A stretch of 64,000 nt of DNA from Chloroflexota bacterium (GTDB lineage Bacteria; Chloroflexota; UBA11872; UBA12225): positions 17,423 through 81,422 of the forward strand of contig SHXX01000002.1 in the NCBI GenBank assembly GCA_009693165.1, in the 5' to 3' direction. A program made the position numbers and the translations under genes. The notes below the pieces were generated by a model. That model did not search any database. It was given only the letters and a program-made list of their open reading frames with translations, and was not told the origin of the DNA. This document shows, piece after piece, positions 9,862-19,334 of the stretch (within the stretch, counting starts at the first letter, position 1; every line of letters begins with the position of its first letter).

Positions 9862-10557
9862 GTGACGGCCTCCTCACCGCCTGGCCCGGCATCCTCCCCC
9901 GTCTCCATTGAACTCGGGACATCGCACTATCCGCGTCTCGTCCGGTGGGGACACGCGTACCAGCGCGAGAGTGGCGTAAGCCTGTGGCATTCATATGTGC
10001 TCACCACATCGGACGGCCCGATCCTCATCGACCCCCTCATGCCGGACGGGCCTACGCTGGGCCAACTCGAGGGGATTGTGGAACAGATGGGTGGCGTGCC
10101 CGCGGCCACCATCCTCACCAATGACATGCACGAACGCGCGGCCTACGTGGCGCGCAACCAATGGGGCATCCCGATCTGGGCGCCCTCGGCCGGAGACGGG
10201 GAATACGAAGCGAAGCCGGACCGCCTGTACGGCGCGTCCGACCGGCTGCCAGGCGGACTGATCGCCATTCCAGTCCGGGCCGCGTTCATCGGCGACACAC
10301 TCCTGAAATGGAACGCTCCCGATGGCCGGGGTGTCCTCTTCAGTGGCGACGTCTTCATGGAGCGCGGCGACCACCTGATCATCCACGCACCCGGTGCCAA
10401 CCCTCGTGCTGCCACCTCGACCGAAGAGGTCGCGTCCGGCCTGCGAACCGTCCTCGCTCCCCACCTTGACACCATCGACCTCGTCTTCAGTGCGCATGGC
10501 AAGCCGTTCACTGGCGATGCGCGTGCCGAGATCCGACGTCTCATCGGCGCCGGCTGA
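9862..10557 (+). CDS. metallo-beta-lactamase-fold-like protein with degenerate metal motif
   Basis: SYVLTTSDGPILIDP ... ATILTNDMHERAAY ... GVLFSGDVF has MBL-like strand and loop spacing, but TNDMHER stands where HxHxDH is expected. GTG 9862 is preceded by GAAGGGAGA. The track ORF begins at GTG 9727. Confidence 0.45.
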   Translation: MTASSPPGPASSPVSIELGTSHYPRLVRWGHAYQRESGVSLWHSYVLTTSDGPILIDPLMPDGPTLGQLEGIVEQMGGVPAATILTNDMHERAAYVARNQWGIPIWAPSAGDGEYEAKPDRLYGASDRLPGGLIAIPVRAAFIGDTLLKWNAPDGRGVLFSGDVFMERGDHLIIHAPGANPRAATSTEEVASGLRTVLAPHLDTIDLVFSAHGKPFTGDARAEIRRLIGAG

Positions 10558-10757
10558 TCCCGTCACGCCTGGTTGTGCGGACCGAAGACCCGTCCGGACG
10601 ACCACGCTGCGGGATTGGCGATACACTCCGCCCGCCACCGGCCACACGGGTCGGGAGAGCAAACTGAAGGACGTGCTTGGGCCGTGCGTCATCCATGGAT
10701 CACCCGTCACCTGATGGCACATGGACCGGCGCCGGGCCTGCACGCGAGTGGAGAGAG

Positions 10758-11957
10758 ATGGCCAGATACCGCACTGCCGTGATTGCCTGCGGGACGATCG
10801 GACGCGTCCACGCGCGCGGCTGGCAAGATGTGCCAGACCACCCGGTCGCGATTGGAGCCTGCGCCGACACCCATCCCGATGCCCGTCGCGAATTCGGCGA
10901 GTTCTTCGGCATCGGCGCCGAACACCGATACGGTGACTACCGGGAGATGCTTGATGCGGAACGGCCGGACATCGTGGACGTCTGTTCATGGCATCGCCAA
11001 CACGCCGAGATGACCATCGCGGCAGCGGCACGCAAGCCCCGGGCGGTCATCTGCCAGAAGCCGATGGCGCTCTCCCTCGGTGAAGCGGACGCAATGCTTA
11101 CCGCCTGCGAACGAAACGGGGTGTTCCTGTTCATCGCGTTCCAGCGACCGCACCATGCCACGTGGCTCAAGGCACGAGAACTTATCCGCTCAGGTGTGAT
11201 CGGGCGCATCCAGCAGATCGCCACCGATGATGGCGGCAACATCCTGAACACCAACTCCCACAACATCCGGCTGGCCGGGTACCTGCTCGAAGAGGAACGC
11301 CCGCAGTGGGTCATGGGTGCGGTTGAACGCCTGACCGATGTCATGGAGCGAGGCATCCCCTGTGAAGACCGATGCCTCGGCGTCGTCGGGTACGAGAGCG
11401 GCGCAACCCTCCTGATCCAGGGTGAACTCACCCGGAGCCGCGGGAAAGTCGGTGAACCGGGCCGACGTCTCGGGCAGGGCGCCCGCGTCATCGGCACCGA
11501 CGGCATGATGGAGTTCTGGACCGGAAGACCCGCCGACAAGGACCTCAGGAGCGACGGCGACATGGCCCAGCCGGAGGGATCGTCCGCGAAGTACAACGAC
11601 GAGTTCGGTGTCGTTCGCTACATGAATGCGACCACCGGCGGGTGGGTGAACGTCGACGCCACATGGCATGACTGCTGGGCGCACCAGTGTCAGCAGGTCG
11701 TGGACGTCCTCGACGGGAAACTCGAGTATGACCACGCCATCAGCCATGCGGCACACGGTCGCGTCGTGACCGAAATCATGATGGGTCTGTTCGAGAGCGC
11801 CCGGAAGCGTCGTCGGATCGAATTGCCTCTGCTCACCAAACTGAACCCGCTCAGCCTGATGGTCTCCAACGGCGACTTGCCCGTGGAATGGCCCGGGGCG
11901 TATGAGCGCCGTTCACGCCTGGTCCGCGGTGAAGGAATGACCTGGCACGAGAACTGA
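10758..11957 (+). CDS. Gfo/Idh/MocA family oxidoreductase
   Basis: From the ATG at 10758: MARYRTAVIACGTIGRVHARGW ... YREMLDAERPDIVDVCSWHRQHAEMTIAAAARKPRAVICQKPMALSLGEADAML. This is an N-terminal Rossmann fold plus the EKP-like (QKP) motif. Confidence 0.85.
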   Translation: MARYRTAVIACGTIGRVHARGWQDVPDHPVAIGACADTHPDARREFGEFFGIGAEHRYGDYREMLDAERPDIVDVCSWHRQHAEMTIAAAARKPRAVICQKPMALSLGEADAMLTACERNGVFLFIAFQRPHHATWLKARELIRSGVIGRIQQIATDDGGNILNTNSHNIRLAGYLLEEERPQWVMGAVERLTDVMERGIPCEDRCLGVVGYESGATLLIQGELTRSRGKVGEPGRRLGQGARVIGTDGMMEFWTGRPADKDLRSDGDMAQPEGSSAKYNDEFGVVRYMNATTGGWVNVDATWHDCWAHQCQQVVDVLDGKLEYDHAISHAAHGRVVTEIMMGLFESARKRRRIELPLLTKLNPLSLMVSNGDLPVEWPGAYERRSRLVRGEGMTWHEN

Positions 11958-11975
11958 TCCGGTTCGGTTCCGAGC

Positions 11976-12016
11976 CCAGGATGCGAACAGGGGAACCGTC
12001 CCTGTTCGCATCCTGG
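11976..12016 (+). terminator. strong hairpin directly after the oxidoreductase stop (17-bp perfect stem)
   Basis: CCAGGATGCGAACAGGG (11976-11992), 7-nt loop, CCCTGTTCGCATCCTGG (12000-12016). It starts 19 nt after the TGA at 11955-11957. There is no clear T-tract. The ATG of track ORF 11981 sits inside the stem. Confidence 0.6.
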
Positions 12017-12043
12017 ACGTCGAACCCGCGGTACGATTGCCTT

Positions 12044-12502
12044 GTGATCGAGCACTCAGTGGCGCCGGCCCCGAGCGCCTCCACCCAACCACGTTGGCTT
12101 GGCGATGGCACTGGGCGTCTCGATGGGTTGCGCGCACACCTTGTCATCTACGGGCTCTGGATCATCATCGTTGCCTTTTGCGTCCTGACATTCCTGATCC
12201 TCAGGGCCCCCGTTGAAACGACCCTCGCAGCGTTGTATGGCTTCCGAAACCCGAATGCCGTCGAAATCAAGTTCCGGTTCCAGGCGACTTACTTGTTATT
12301 TGAACTCTTCTGCGGATTGCTGCTGTTCGGGTTGACCGTGGTAAGCGAACACTCGTTCAGAACAGCCCTGTCGTGGTCCGCGGTCTACCAACGTGCGTTC
12401 CTGCCCGAACTGGGCCGGCGGTTCCTGAAGGTGTTCGGCGGTCTCGGGATCGTCGCAGCACTCGGGATCGCTGCCGACATCTATGTGGTGCGGTTCCTCT
12501 AG
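12044..12502 (+). CDS. hypothetical integral membrane protein
   Basis: Three hydrophobic segments: LVIYGLWIIIVAFCVLTFLIL, YLLFELFCGLLLFGLTVV and VFGGLGIVAALGIAADIYVV. No recognised family. The start is uncertain: GTG 12044 or 12059, or TTG near 12127. The ATG at 11981 is rejected because it lies in the terminator stem. Confidence 0.4.
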   Translation: MIEHSVAPAPSASTQPRWLGDGTGRLDGLRAHLVIYGLWIIIVAFCVLTFLILRAPVETTLAALYGFRNPNAVEIKFRFQATYLLFELFCGLLLFGLTVVSEHSFRTALSWSAVYQRAFLPELGRRFLKVFGGLGIVAALGIAADIYVVRFL

Positions 12503-12560
12503 TGCCCACGTTGGTCTCTCTCCCACCTCCTGATCCACTCTTAGGGAAGGTGCCGGACGC

Positions 12561-13145
12561 ATGACGGCAACGGGACTCCGGGTTCACGAGATCCTTTCAC
12601 TTGACGAAGCAACCAAGGCGTCGCTGGCCTCAATTCTGGTTCGCGTCGTCAATGACGGCGCGGCCGTCGGGTTTCTCGCACCACTCGACCCAAATGAAGC
12701 GGAGGCGTACTGGGCACGCCTTCCGCGCACTGACGCCCGGTTGATCGTGGCAACCATCGGAGCCACCGTTGTCGGCACGGCGCAGGTCCACCTCGCGGGC
12801 CAAGCGAATGGGAGACACCGGGCTGAGGTTGCCAAGGTCCTGGTTGACCCCGCGTGGCAGCGCCAGGGCATTGGCCGCACGCTCATCGCGCACGCGGAAG
12901 CGATCGCCCGCAATCACGGCCGAACCACGCTCGTCCTCGACACCCGTGAAGGGGATCCATCAAACCGCCTGTACCGGTCGTCGGGATGGCGTGAGATCGG
13001 ACGCATCCCGGAGTACGCCCGGTCAAGCACTGGCGAACTCCACGCTACCGTCATCTATGCGAAATGGGATGAACCCAACCCATCAAGTTCCCGGCGACCG
13101 CCCGGTGACCACAACCTGACGATTGCGAACGAGCGGAGGCGTTGA
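12561..13145 (+). CDS. GNAT family N-acetyltransferase
   Basis: Acetyl-CoA binding motif LVDPAWQRQGIGRTLIAHAEAIARNHG, then LVLDTREGDPSNRLYRSSGWREIG. RBS GGGAAGGTG lies 8 nt upstream of the ATG. Confidence 0.8.
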   Translation: MTATGLRVHEILSLDEATKASLASILVRVVNDGAAVGFLAPLDPNEAEAYWARLPRTDARLIVATIGATVVGTAQVHLAGQANGRHRAEVAKVLVDPAWQRQGIGRTLIAHAEAIARNHGRTTLVLDTREGDPSNRLYRSSGWREIGRIPEYARSSTGELHATVIYAKWDEPNPSSSRRPPGDHNLTIANERRR

Positions 13146-13193
13146 ATCGGTTGGACCCCGCCGGAGATCCCGGTGGCACGCCGGAGAAACCGC

Positions 13194-14519
13194 ATGAGCC
13201 AACTTGCAATCCTTGGAGGCCCCAAGGCAATTTCACACGCAAACCCCAACCTCTTTCGGTGGTCTGATGTAACCAGCGAGCACGAGGAAGCCGTCCTGGA
13301 CGTCCTTCGGCGCGGAGCGATGTCTGGCACCGATGTCACCCGCCAGTTTGAGCGCGAGTACGCCGCGTGGCAGGGCCAGACCTACGCCGTCGGGTTCAAC
13401 ACCGGCACCGCCGCTCTGCATACTGCGATGTGGGCCGTCGGTGTGCGCGCCGGCGACGAAGTACTCTGCCAGAGCATCACCTACTGGGCATCGATCCTTC
13501 CTGTGTACTCGCTCGGCGCTACCCCAGTCTTCATCGACATCGAACACCACTCCCTTTGCATCGACCCCGACCTCCTTGAGGCACGGATTGGCCCGCGCAC
13601 CCGCGCAATCGTGGTGACCCACAACATGGGCTACCCGACAGACATGGACCGGGTGATGGCGGTCGCCCGACGCCACGGACTGAAAGTGATCGAGGATGTC
13701 TCGCACGCCCACGGTGGGGTTTTCCTGGGTCGCCGTCTCGGCACCATCGGGGACGTGGCTGCCTTCTCATGCATGAGCGGCAAGTCGTTTCCAATCGGCG
13801 AAGGCGGCATGCTCACGACCGACGACACCGAAATTCACGACCGCGCAATCGCCTTCGCACACTACGAGCGATTTGACGAGACGATCGAGGAACCCGACCT
13901 CGCACCCTACCGGGGCCTGCCAATGGGTGGCACCAAGTACCGGATGCACCAGATGAGTTCAGCCGTCGGCCGGGTGCAACTCCGGACATACGACCAGCGC
14001 ATGGACGGGATCCAACGCGCCATGAACGAGTTCTGGGACCTTCTGGAAGGTGTCCCGGGCCTGCATCCGCACCGCGTCGATCCATCGTCCGGTTCAACGA
14101 TGGGTGGGTGGTACAACCCGAAAGGCCTGTACGCACCGGAGGAACTCGGTGGCCTATCGGTGACACGGTTCTGCCAGGCCGTGAAGGCCGAAGGTATCGA
14201 CTGCAGACCCGGTCTTGTCTACAAGCCCCTCCACCTGCATCCGCTCTTCCACACGGCCGATGTCTACGGACATGGCAAACCGACGCGGGTGGCCTTCGCG
14301 ACCCGGGACGTCCGGGAGCGTCGTGGCGACCTCCCAGTCGCCGAAAACATCGGCAAGCACGTCTATGGCATCCCGTGGTTCCGCTCCTACGACCGCGACG
14401 CAATTGCGCGGTATGCGGAGGCCTTCCGGAAAGTCGTTGCGAACCACGGCGAATTGCTCGCCGGGGACACGGGAGACGCGCCGTCTGTAGCCGACTGGCA
14501 AAACGAACCACTCATCTGA
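13194..14519 (+). CDS. DegT/DnrJ/EryC1/StrS family PLP-dependent aminotransferase
   Basis: MSQLAILGGPKAI ... FEREYAAWQGQTYAVGFNTGTAALHTAMWAVGVRAGDEVL ... VTHNMGYPTDMDRVMAVARRHGLKVIEDVSHAHG ... AFSCMSGKSFPIGEGGMLTTDD, with the Lys in SGKS at the expected Schiff-base position. About 440 aa, longer than I would expect for this family. Confidence 0.88.
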   Translation: MSQLAILGGPKAISHANPNLFRWSDVTSEHEEAVLDVLRRGAMSGTDVTRQFEREYAAWQGQTYAVGFNTGTAALHTAMWAVGVRAGDEVLCQSITYWASILPVYSLGATPVFIDIEHHSLCIDPDLLEARIGPRTRAIVVTHNMGYPTDMDRVMAVARRHGLKVIEDVSHAHGGVFLGRRLGTIGDVAAFSCMSGKSFPIGEGGMLTTDDTEIHDRAIAFAHYERFDETIEEPDLAPYRGLPMGGTKYRMHQMSSAVGRVQLRTYDQRMDGIQRAMNEFWDLLEGVPGLHPHRVDPSSGSTMGGWYNPKGLYAPEELGGLSVTRFCQAVKAEGIDCRPGLVYKPLHLHPLFHTADVYGHGKPTRVAFATRDVRERRGDLPVAENIGKHVYGIPWFRSYDRDAIARYAEAFRKVVANHGELLAGDTGDAPSVADWQNEPLI

Positions 14520-14550
14520 TCGTGGCAACTCCGACCGGCACAATCCCCGA

Positions 14551-15606
14551 ATGATCATTCGAACAGTCCTGAGTGACCGAACATTCGCGATGGCAGCGAC
14601 GCGAGAGAATGTCGCCGGTTGGGGTCACATTGCAAGTGACTGGCGTCCGATCAGTGGCCGAATGGCCGATGACCAGCGGCCGGAGCTTGCCCACGCCCAC
14701 CTCATAGACGGCTATCGCGACGCCGCTTCCCATGGCCTTTCATTGGCGATTGACCTCACGCCTCCCGGCGCCGGACGTGATGCGCTGCTCATGCGTCGCG
14801 TGGCTGACGCGAGTGGCATCGGCGTCGTCGTTGCCACCGGATCGCACATCGACCCCGTGCGACTGGCACGAATCGAGACCCGGACGGTTGAGGCCCTCGC
14901 GGAGTGGTTCGCCTTCGAGATTTCAACCGGCGTGATGCCCATCACCGGGGATAGCCACGAAGGCATCGGTCTCGTCAACGATCAGGCCATCGGGCGGGCA
15001 ACCGACGCCCTGAACACCACCCCTGTCCGTGCCGGCATCATCCGCATCACCATTGGCGACGCCCCACTATCTTCAACCGACCGGAAGCTCGTGGAGGCAG
15101 CCGCAATTGCATCGGCCGCTATGGGTGCCGCCACCGTGATCGTGACGCATTCGCCGGACGCATTCGTCGCGGCCGCGCGCCGCTTCACCGGTGCCGGCGG
15201 TTCAACGCGCAAGTTGATCCACGCACGTGGTATCCCACCTGAGGTGCCCACCGTGTTCTCGACTTCCGAGGTTCTCCAGGTGCTGGACACCGGGGCAAAT
15301 CTTGCCCTCGACCCGCGCGATGGCCCACAGCTCCTGACCGCCCTGGCCAGCGAAGTTCCGGGTCGGATGGGATCGGTCCGTTCCCACACAATCCTCATGC
15401 CGCTGGTGCCAACCCTACGGGTCTATCCCAAGCCAATCGGGGGCGAAAGTGATGATGCGTTCAGTGATCCAGAAGTTCCTGTGACGATGGTTACCGGGAA
15501 CTATGAACCCCCTGCCACCAATAATCTCGACGAGCGCTTTGCACGCCAACTTTGGGCAAATACCGAACGGATCGTTTCGCTTGACACCGCCGAACCGACC
15601 GCCTAA
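14551..15606 (+). CDS. phosphotriesterase-family-like TIM-barrel protein with atypical metal-ligand positions
   Basis: The block order matches the PTE/PHP family as I recall it: LAHAHL (in place of HEH), IDLTPPGAGRDALLMRRVADASGIGVVVATGSH, VRAGIIRITIG (in place of AGIIK), EAAAIASAAMGAATVIVTHS. The assignment is by pattern only. Confidence 0.5.
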   Translation: MIIRTVLSDRTFAMAATRENVAGWGHIASDWRPISGRMADDQRPELAHAHLIDGYRDAASHGLSLAIDLTPPGAGRDALLMRRVADASGIGVVVATGSHIDPVRLARIETRTVEALAEWFAFEISTGVMPITGDSHEGIGLVNDQAIGRATDALNTTPVRAGIIRITIGDAPLSSTDRKLVEAAAIASAAMGAATVIVTHSPDAFVAAARRFTGAGGSTRKLIHARGIPPEVPTVFSTSEVLQVLDTGANLALDPRDGPQLLTALASEVPGRMGSVRSHTILMPLVPTLRVYPKPIGGESDDAFSDPEVPVTMVTGNYEPPATNNLDERFARQLWANTERIVSLDTAEPTA

Positions 15607-15702
15607 GAGGGTTGGGTGGCGCCACTCGGGGACGTTTCCTTGCCAACACTGGTCGTCACGGAACATCCCCGAGTGCCTGGGCGTTACATGAAGGTGGAAC
15701 CC

Positions 15703-15864
15703 ATGACATGGCTCATCATCTGCGGCGCCGGTGCGATCATTCTCATTATTGGACTTGCTTCCGATGATGCTGCGCTGACCGGTGCATTCTCCAGACTTCG
15801 TGGACTTCGCACGTCCCAACGCAAGACCACCGTTGCAACCGCACCGGGGTTTCCAGTACGCTAA
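15703..15864 (+). CDS. possible small membrane protein (53 aa)
   Basis: MTWLIICGAGAIILIIGLASDD is a single hydrophobic helix. GAAGGTGGAAC precedes the ATG at 15703. It lies in an otherwise empty ~320-bp gap. Weak evidence only. Confidence 0.2.
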   Translation: MTWLIICGAGAIILIIGLASDDAALTGAFSRLRGLRTSQRKTTVATAPGFPVR

Positions 15865-15934
15865 CCTGGGCCGGCGCGATGCTCCGGGACCGTGGGTCTG
15901 GGTTTTGTGCAGTGGACGGCTGGGATTGCCTCGC

Positions 15935-17086
15935 GTGAAGCCAGTGCTTTCGATATCCGACGACAACTTTGTCGTGGACGGCACGCCTACCCACCCCGGC
16001 CGAACTTGGAACGGTCACCGCGTCGAAGGCCTGCTCTTTCATCGCCGTGCGTTGGCAGCGGCGTTCGCCGATGCCAACCCGATTACCCGGGAACTCTGGA
16101 CGCATGCCGACGGAACCCCGTGGGACCCGGACCGGAATGTCACCGCGTTCATCAGCGTCCTGCCATGGTGGCGCGCATGCGGAGTCGACGCCGTCGCCCT
16201 GAACCTGCAGGGCGGTCCTCCGACGCACGCAGTCCAAACAGTCTCGCCTCGGCCGTCCTCAATCCAGCCATGGCACGCTTCCGCGTTCGCCCACGACGGA
16301 ACCTTTGATCCCGCCACCAGGTCACGGTTCGGGCGCATCCTGAACGCGATTTCCGACACCGGTCTTGTGGCAATTTTCGAACTTTTCAGCCCCGGGCAGG
16401 ATGCCCGCCTCGATGACGACGAAGCGATCCGCCGCGCAACCGATCAGGTTTGCCAGTGGCTTTTGGACCGGGGCGATGACCATGTCATCATCAACGTCTG
16501 CCAAGGCTCAGGCACCCACACCTACGGCCACCCAATCCTGCGCCCGGACCGGATACACGAACTTGTAAGACAAGTTCGTGAGACATCCAAGCGGGGCAAG
16601 CGCCTTCTTGTCGGTGCTGGCGTGCCAGATGGTGTCTTCCCAGGCGAGTTCGTACCTGACGTCCTCTTTCCGTTCACACCATTGGGGAGCGGATCGCACA
16701 CATTCCGGCGGGCAACCGATGCACTCCGCGAGATCCCCGCAGTCGCTGCTCATCCACGTCCGATGGTGTTTTGCGATGGCGCCGGAGGTGACTTCGACCG
16801 CGCCGATAGCCAAGTCGCAATCGCAACAGAGGCCCACGTTTCCTGGGGTCTCGGAGACACTCCGGGCATTGATGGATCGGAGTGGGTCCCGGCGAACTGG
16901 GACACCGAGACACCGGCCGGTATCGCCTACCTCGAAACCATTCGGTCAATCACCGGGACGGGAACCCAGCCGACTGACCACCCGGATGTGCTCCTGGCCG
17001 ACCAAAGGCGCATGCACGCCGGGTTCGCCCGAGCGATACGGAGCCTCGGCCTCACTGCGGATGTCACTCCAGCAGGTGCGCCGTGA
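15935..17086 (+). CDS. hypothetical protein, possibly a TIM-barrel glycoside-hydrolase-like enzyme
   Basis: Long ORF with normal (non-Arg/Pro-biased) composition, for example VLSISDDNFVVDGTPTHPGRTWNGHRVEGLL ... CGVDAVALNLQGGPP ... LVAIFELFSPGQD. No motif that I can assign firmly. Start is GTG 15935 or TTG 15926; the track ORF starts at 15782. Confidence 0.5.
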   Translation: MKPVLSISDDNFVVDGTPTHPGRTWNGHRVEGLLFHRRALAAAFADANPITRELWTHADGTPWDPDRNVTAFISVLPWWRACGVDAVALNLQGGPPTHAVQTVSPRPSSIQPWHASAFAHDGTFDPATRSRFGRILNAISDTGLVAIFELFSPGQDARLDDDEAIRRATDQVCQWLLDRGDDHVIINVCQGSGTHTYGHPILRPDRIHELVRQVRETSKRGKRLLVGAGVPDGVFPGEFVPDVLFPFTPLGSGSHTFRRATDALREIPAVAAHPRPMVFCDGAGGDFDRADSQVAIATEAHVSWGLGDTPGIDGSEWVPANWDTETPAGIAYLETIRSITGTGTQPTDHPDVLLADQRRMHAGFARAIRSLGLTADVTPAGAP

Positions 17087-17141
17087 CACCCCATGCACCC
17101 GCAAGTCGCCCCGATGACCAACTCGGCGGAAGTTGCTTCCC

Positions 17142-18572
17142 ATGACCAATCCGTTGCGTTTTGCGACGATCCCCGAATTGCGTGCCCGTCTGGACAAAGG
17201 GGAGACAACCCCCACGGAACTTGCCCGCCTCGCGATCGATGGCCTTGAAACGATCGGCCGCGACCTGAACGCAGTCGCGGCCACGCTTCCCGACCGCGCC
17301 CAGTCGGATATCGCGCGCCTCGATCGACGACATGCTCGATCGTCGGCACTGACTGGCATCCCGTGGGGGGCGAAGGATCTCATCTCGGTCAAGGGTGCGC
17401 CGACCACATGGGGAGCGCCGCCGTATCGTGACCGGACCTTCGACACGGACGCAACGATCGTGACGCGCCTCGCATCGGCCGGTGCGCCACTGGTCGCAAA
17501 ATTATCAACCATTGAATTGGCCGGCGGCTGGGTCTACCGCTACCCAAATGCGTCCCTCCAAGGAGCAACGCGCACCCCTTGGAACATCAATCACTGGGCG
17601 GGTGGTTCGTCAGGTGGGTCGGCAGCCGCCGTCGCCGCTGGCCTCGTGCCGTTCGCGATAGGTTCAGAGACAAGCGGATCCATCGTCACCCCTGCAGCTT
17701 TCTGTGGCGTGTCGGCGATCCGCCCGACCGTTGGTCTCGTCTCCCGTCACGGGGTAATGCCGCTCTCATGGACCCTCGACAAACTCGGGCCATTCGCCAG
17801 GACCGCCCGTGACGCGTGGACGGTCCTACGGACCATCGAAGGCTATGACCCTGCAGATGACTCGACCCGTGGTCGAAAACACCGAGGTCTTGCCCAGTTA
17901 CCCGGCACGGATCGACTGAAGTCCGTTCGAATCGGTTTTGCCCAGGCCGACTTCGATGAATATGCGGCTCCACCCGCAAGGGAGGCCTTTGCCACCGCCC
18001 TGCAAGACCTGCGTCGATTGGGCGCCTCGTGGGTTCATGCATCCCTCCCGGCAGAAATTCCATACGGGGCCATCGGCAGTTCGATCGGCGCCGCCGAGGG
18101 CGCATCTGCCCACGGCGACCTTATCGAAAGTGACCAGTTTCAGCTCCTCGTCGATGCAAAGCAGAAAGCATCACTCCTCGCCGGACGCGAAATCCTCGCG
18201 CATGTGTACATTGATGCCCAGCGGGCGCGTCGGCAAGTCATCCGCGCCTTCGAAACCCTGTTTCAATCCTGTGATGTGATCGTCTCGGTCGCCCAGGCCG
18301 ATGGTGCACCACCCCATAATGCGCCGCTTGACATGGTCTCGAGCGCTTCGGGCACGAACACCCCGGGTCAGCCAAACAATCGGGCAATCGTGCCGGCATC
18401 AAACCTGGCCGGTCTCCCCGCCGTCGTGGTCCCTTGCGGTTTCACCACCTCTGGACTGCCAGTCGCCATTCAGTTCGTGGGCCCCGCATGGTCTGAACCA
18501 ACCCTGGTTGCTCTCGGAGAATGGTTCCAGTCACAGACTGATTGGCACGCCAGGCGACCGCCCCAGCCTTAG
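17142..18572 (+). CDS. amidase-signature family amidase (GatA-like)
   Basis: Signature GGSSGGSAAAVAAGLVPFAIGSETSGSIVTPAAFCGV with the upstream catalytic-Lys region GIPWGAKDLI. I prefer the ATG at 17142 over the TTG at 17133. Confidence 0.88.
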   Translation: MTNPLRFATIPELRARLDKGETTPTELARLAIDGLETIGRDLNAVAATLPDRAQSDIARLDRRHARSSALTGIPWGAKDLISVKGAPTTWGAPPYRDRTFDTDATIVTRLASAGAPLVAKLSTIELAGGWVYRYPNASLQGATRTPWNINHWAGGSSGGSAAAVAAGLVPFAIGSETSGSIVTPAAFCGVSAIRPTVGLVSRHGVMPLSWTLDKLGPFARTARDAWTVLRTIEGYDPADDSTRGRKHRGLAQLPGTDRLKSVRIGFAQADFDEYAAPPAREAFATALQDLRRLGASWVHASLPAEIPYGAIGSSIGAAEGASAHGDLIESDQFQLLVDAKQKASLLAGREILAHVYIDAQRARRQVIRAFETLFQSCDVIVSVAQADGAPPHNAPLDMVSSASGTNTPGQPNNRAIVPASNLAGLPAVVVPCGFTTSGLPVAIQFVGPAWSEPTLVALGEWFQSQTDWHARRPPQP

Positions 18573-18586
18573 ATCCGTGGGCCAAC

Positions 18587-19255
18587 CTACCCGAGCCGTC
18601 CGAGCAGCCAGTAGTAGGCGAGACGCGGATACTCGTTATAGATCACGTTGATCCCTGGCCGGGTCTCCCACCAGCGGTCCAGGCGTACCTCGACATCGGG
18701 AACGGAAACTACCCTCAAGTCGGAACCAGTGCCGTTGAGTAGTCTCCGAAGCACACCTCTCGAGCGCCGTGACCGGAAATCCGGTGCGTACGCGACGATG
18801 CTTGTCCACCGTTCCCGAACCACCGCGACCCTGAGGGCCTCCCCTTCCTCCCACTCGCTCGATACGGAAGGGAGTGTGGTGATCAATTCAGGACCGATGC
18901 CCGCATCGATGAGATAGCGGCGTGCCAGTTCCGCGCTGTGTGGCGTGACGTAGTACTCGGCATCCCGGCTGTTCAACGCTCCCAGGACGAGTGCCCTCGT
19001 TTCTCCTGATCGAACCCGCGCCACCGCCGCATCCAAAGCACCTCGCCTGATACTCACCCCGTAGGTGAGAAATGTGACCTGCGACGGCATGGGTAGGTCA
19101 GTCGAAACCAGGAAGGCACCAAGGTTTGGCGTAATGAATGCCAAAGCAACCAAGAGGGCAGCGGCGAACCCTGCCCCCACTAGGTGGGGAGGAATTCCAC
19201 GACGCACACGCGATGCACGTTCGAACGGTACTGGCAGTTCTATCGGACCGGACAC
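18587..19255 (-). CDS. DUF218/YdcF(SanA)-like membrane-anchored protein
   Basis: N-terminal TM LVGAGFAAALLVALAFI, followed by a region resembling the YdcF fold: ALVLGALNSRDAEYYVTPHSAELARRYLIDAGI ... IVAYAPDFRSRRSRGVLRR. GTG start at 19255. Confidence 0.5.
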   Translation of the reverse strand: MSGPIELPVPFERASRVRRGIPPHLVGAGFAAALLVALAFITPNLGAFLVSTDLPMPSQVTFLTYGVSIRRGALDAAVARVRSGETRALVLGALNSRDAEYYVTPHSAELARRYLIDAGIGPELITTLPSVSSEWEEGEALRVAVVRERWTSIVAYAPDFRSRRSRGVLRRLLNGTGSDLRVVSVPDVEVRLDRWWETRPGINVIYNEYPRLAYYWLLGRLG

Positions 19256-19334
19256 GTACGCAACTCCGCCGAACAGTCAGATCGCAGGAAACAACACTTG
19301 CACGCCAGCCGGGCCGGAGAATGTCAGCCGACTT

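Noticed and set aside
9991-11031. 346-aa minus-strand ORF
   Set aside because: It is antisense to the MBL-like and Gfo/Idh/MocA genes. The composition is extremely Arg/Ser/Pro-rich and no domain is recognisable.
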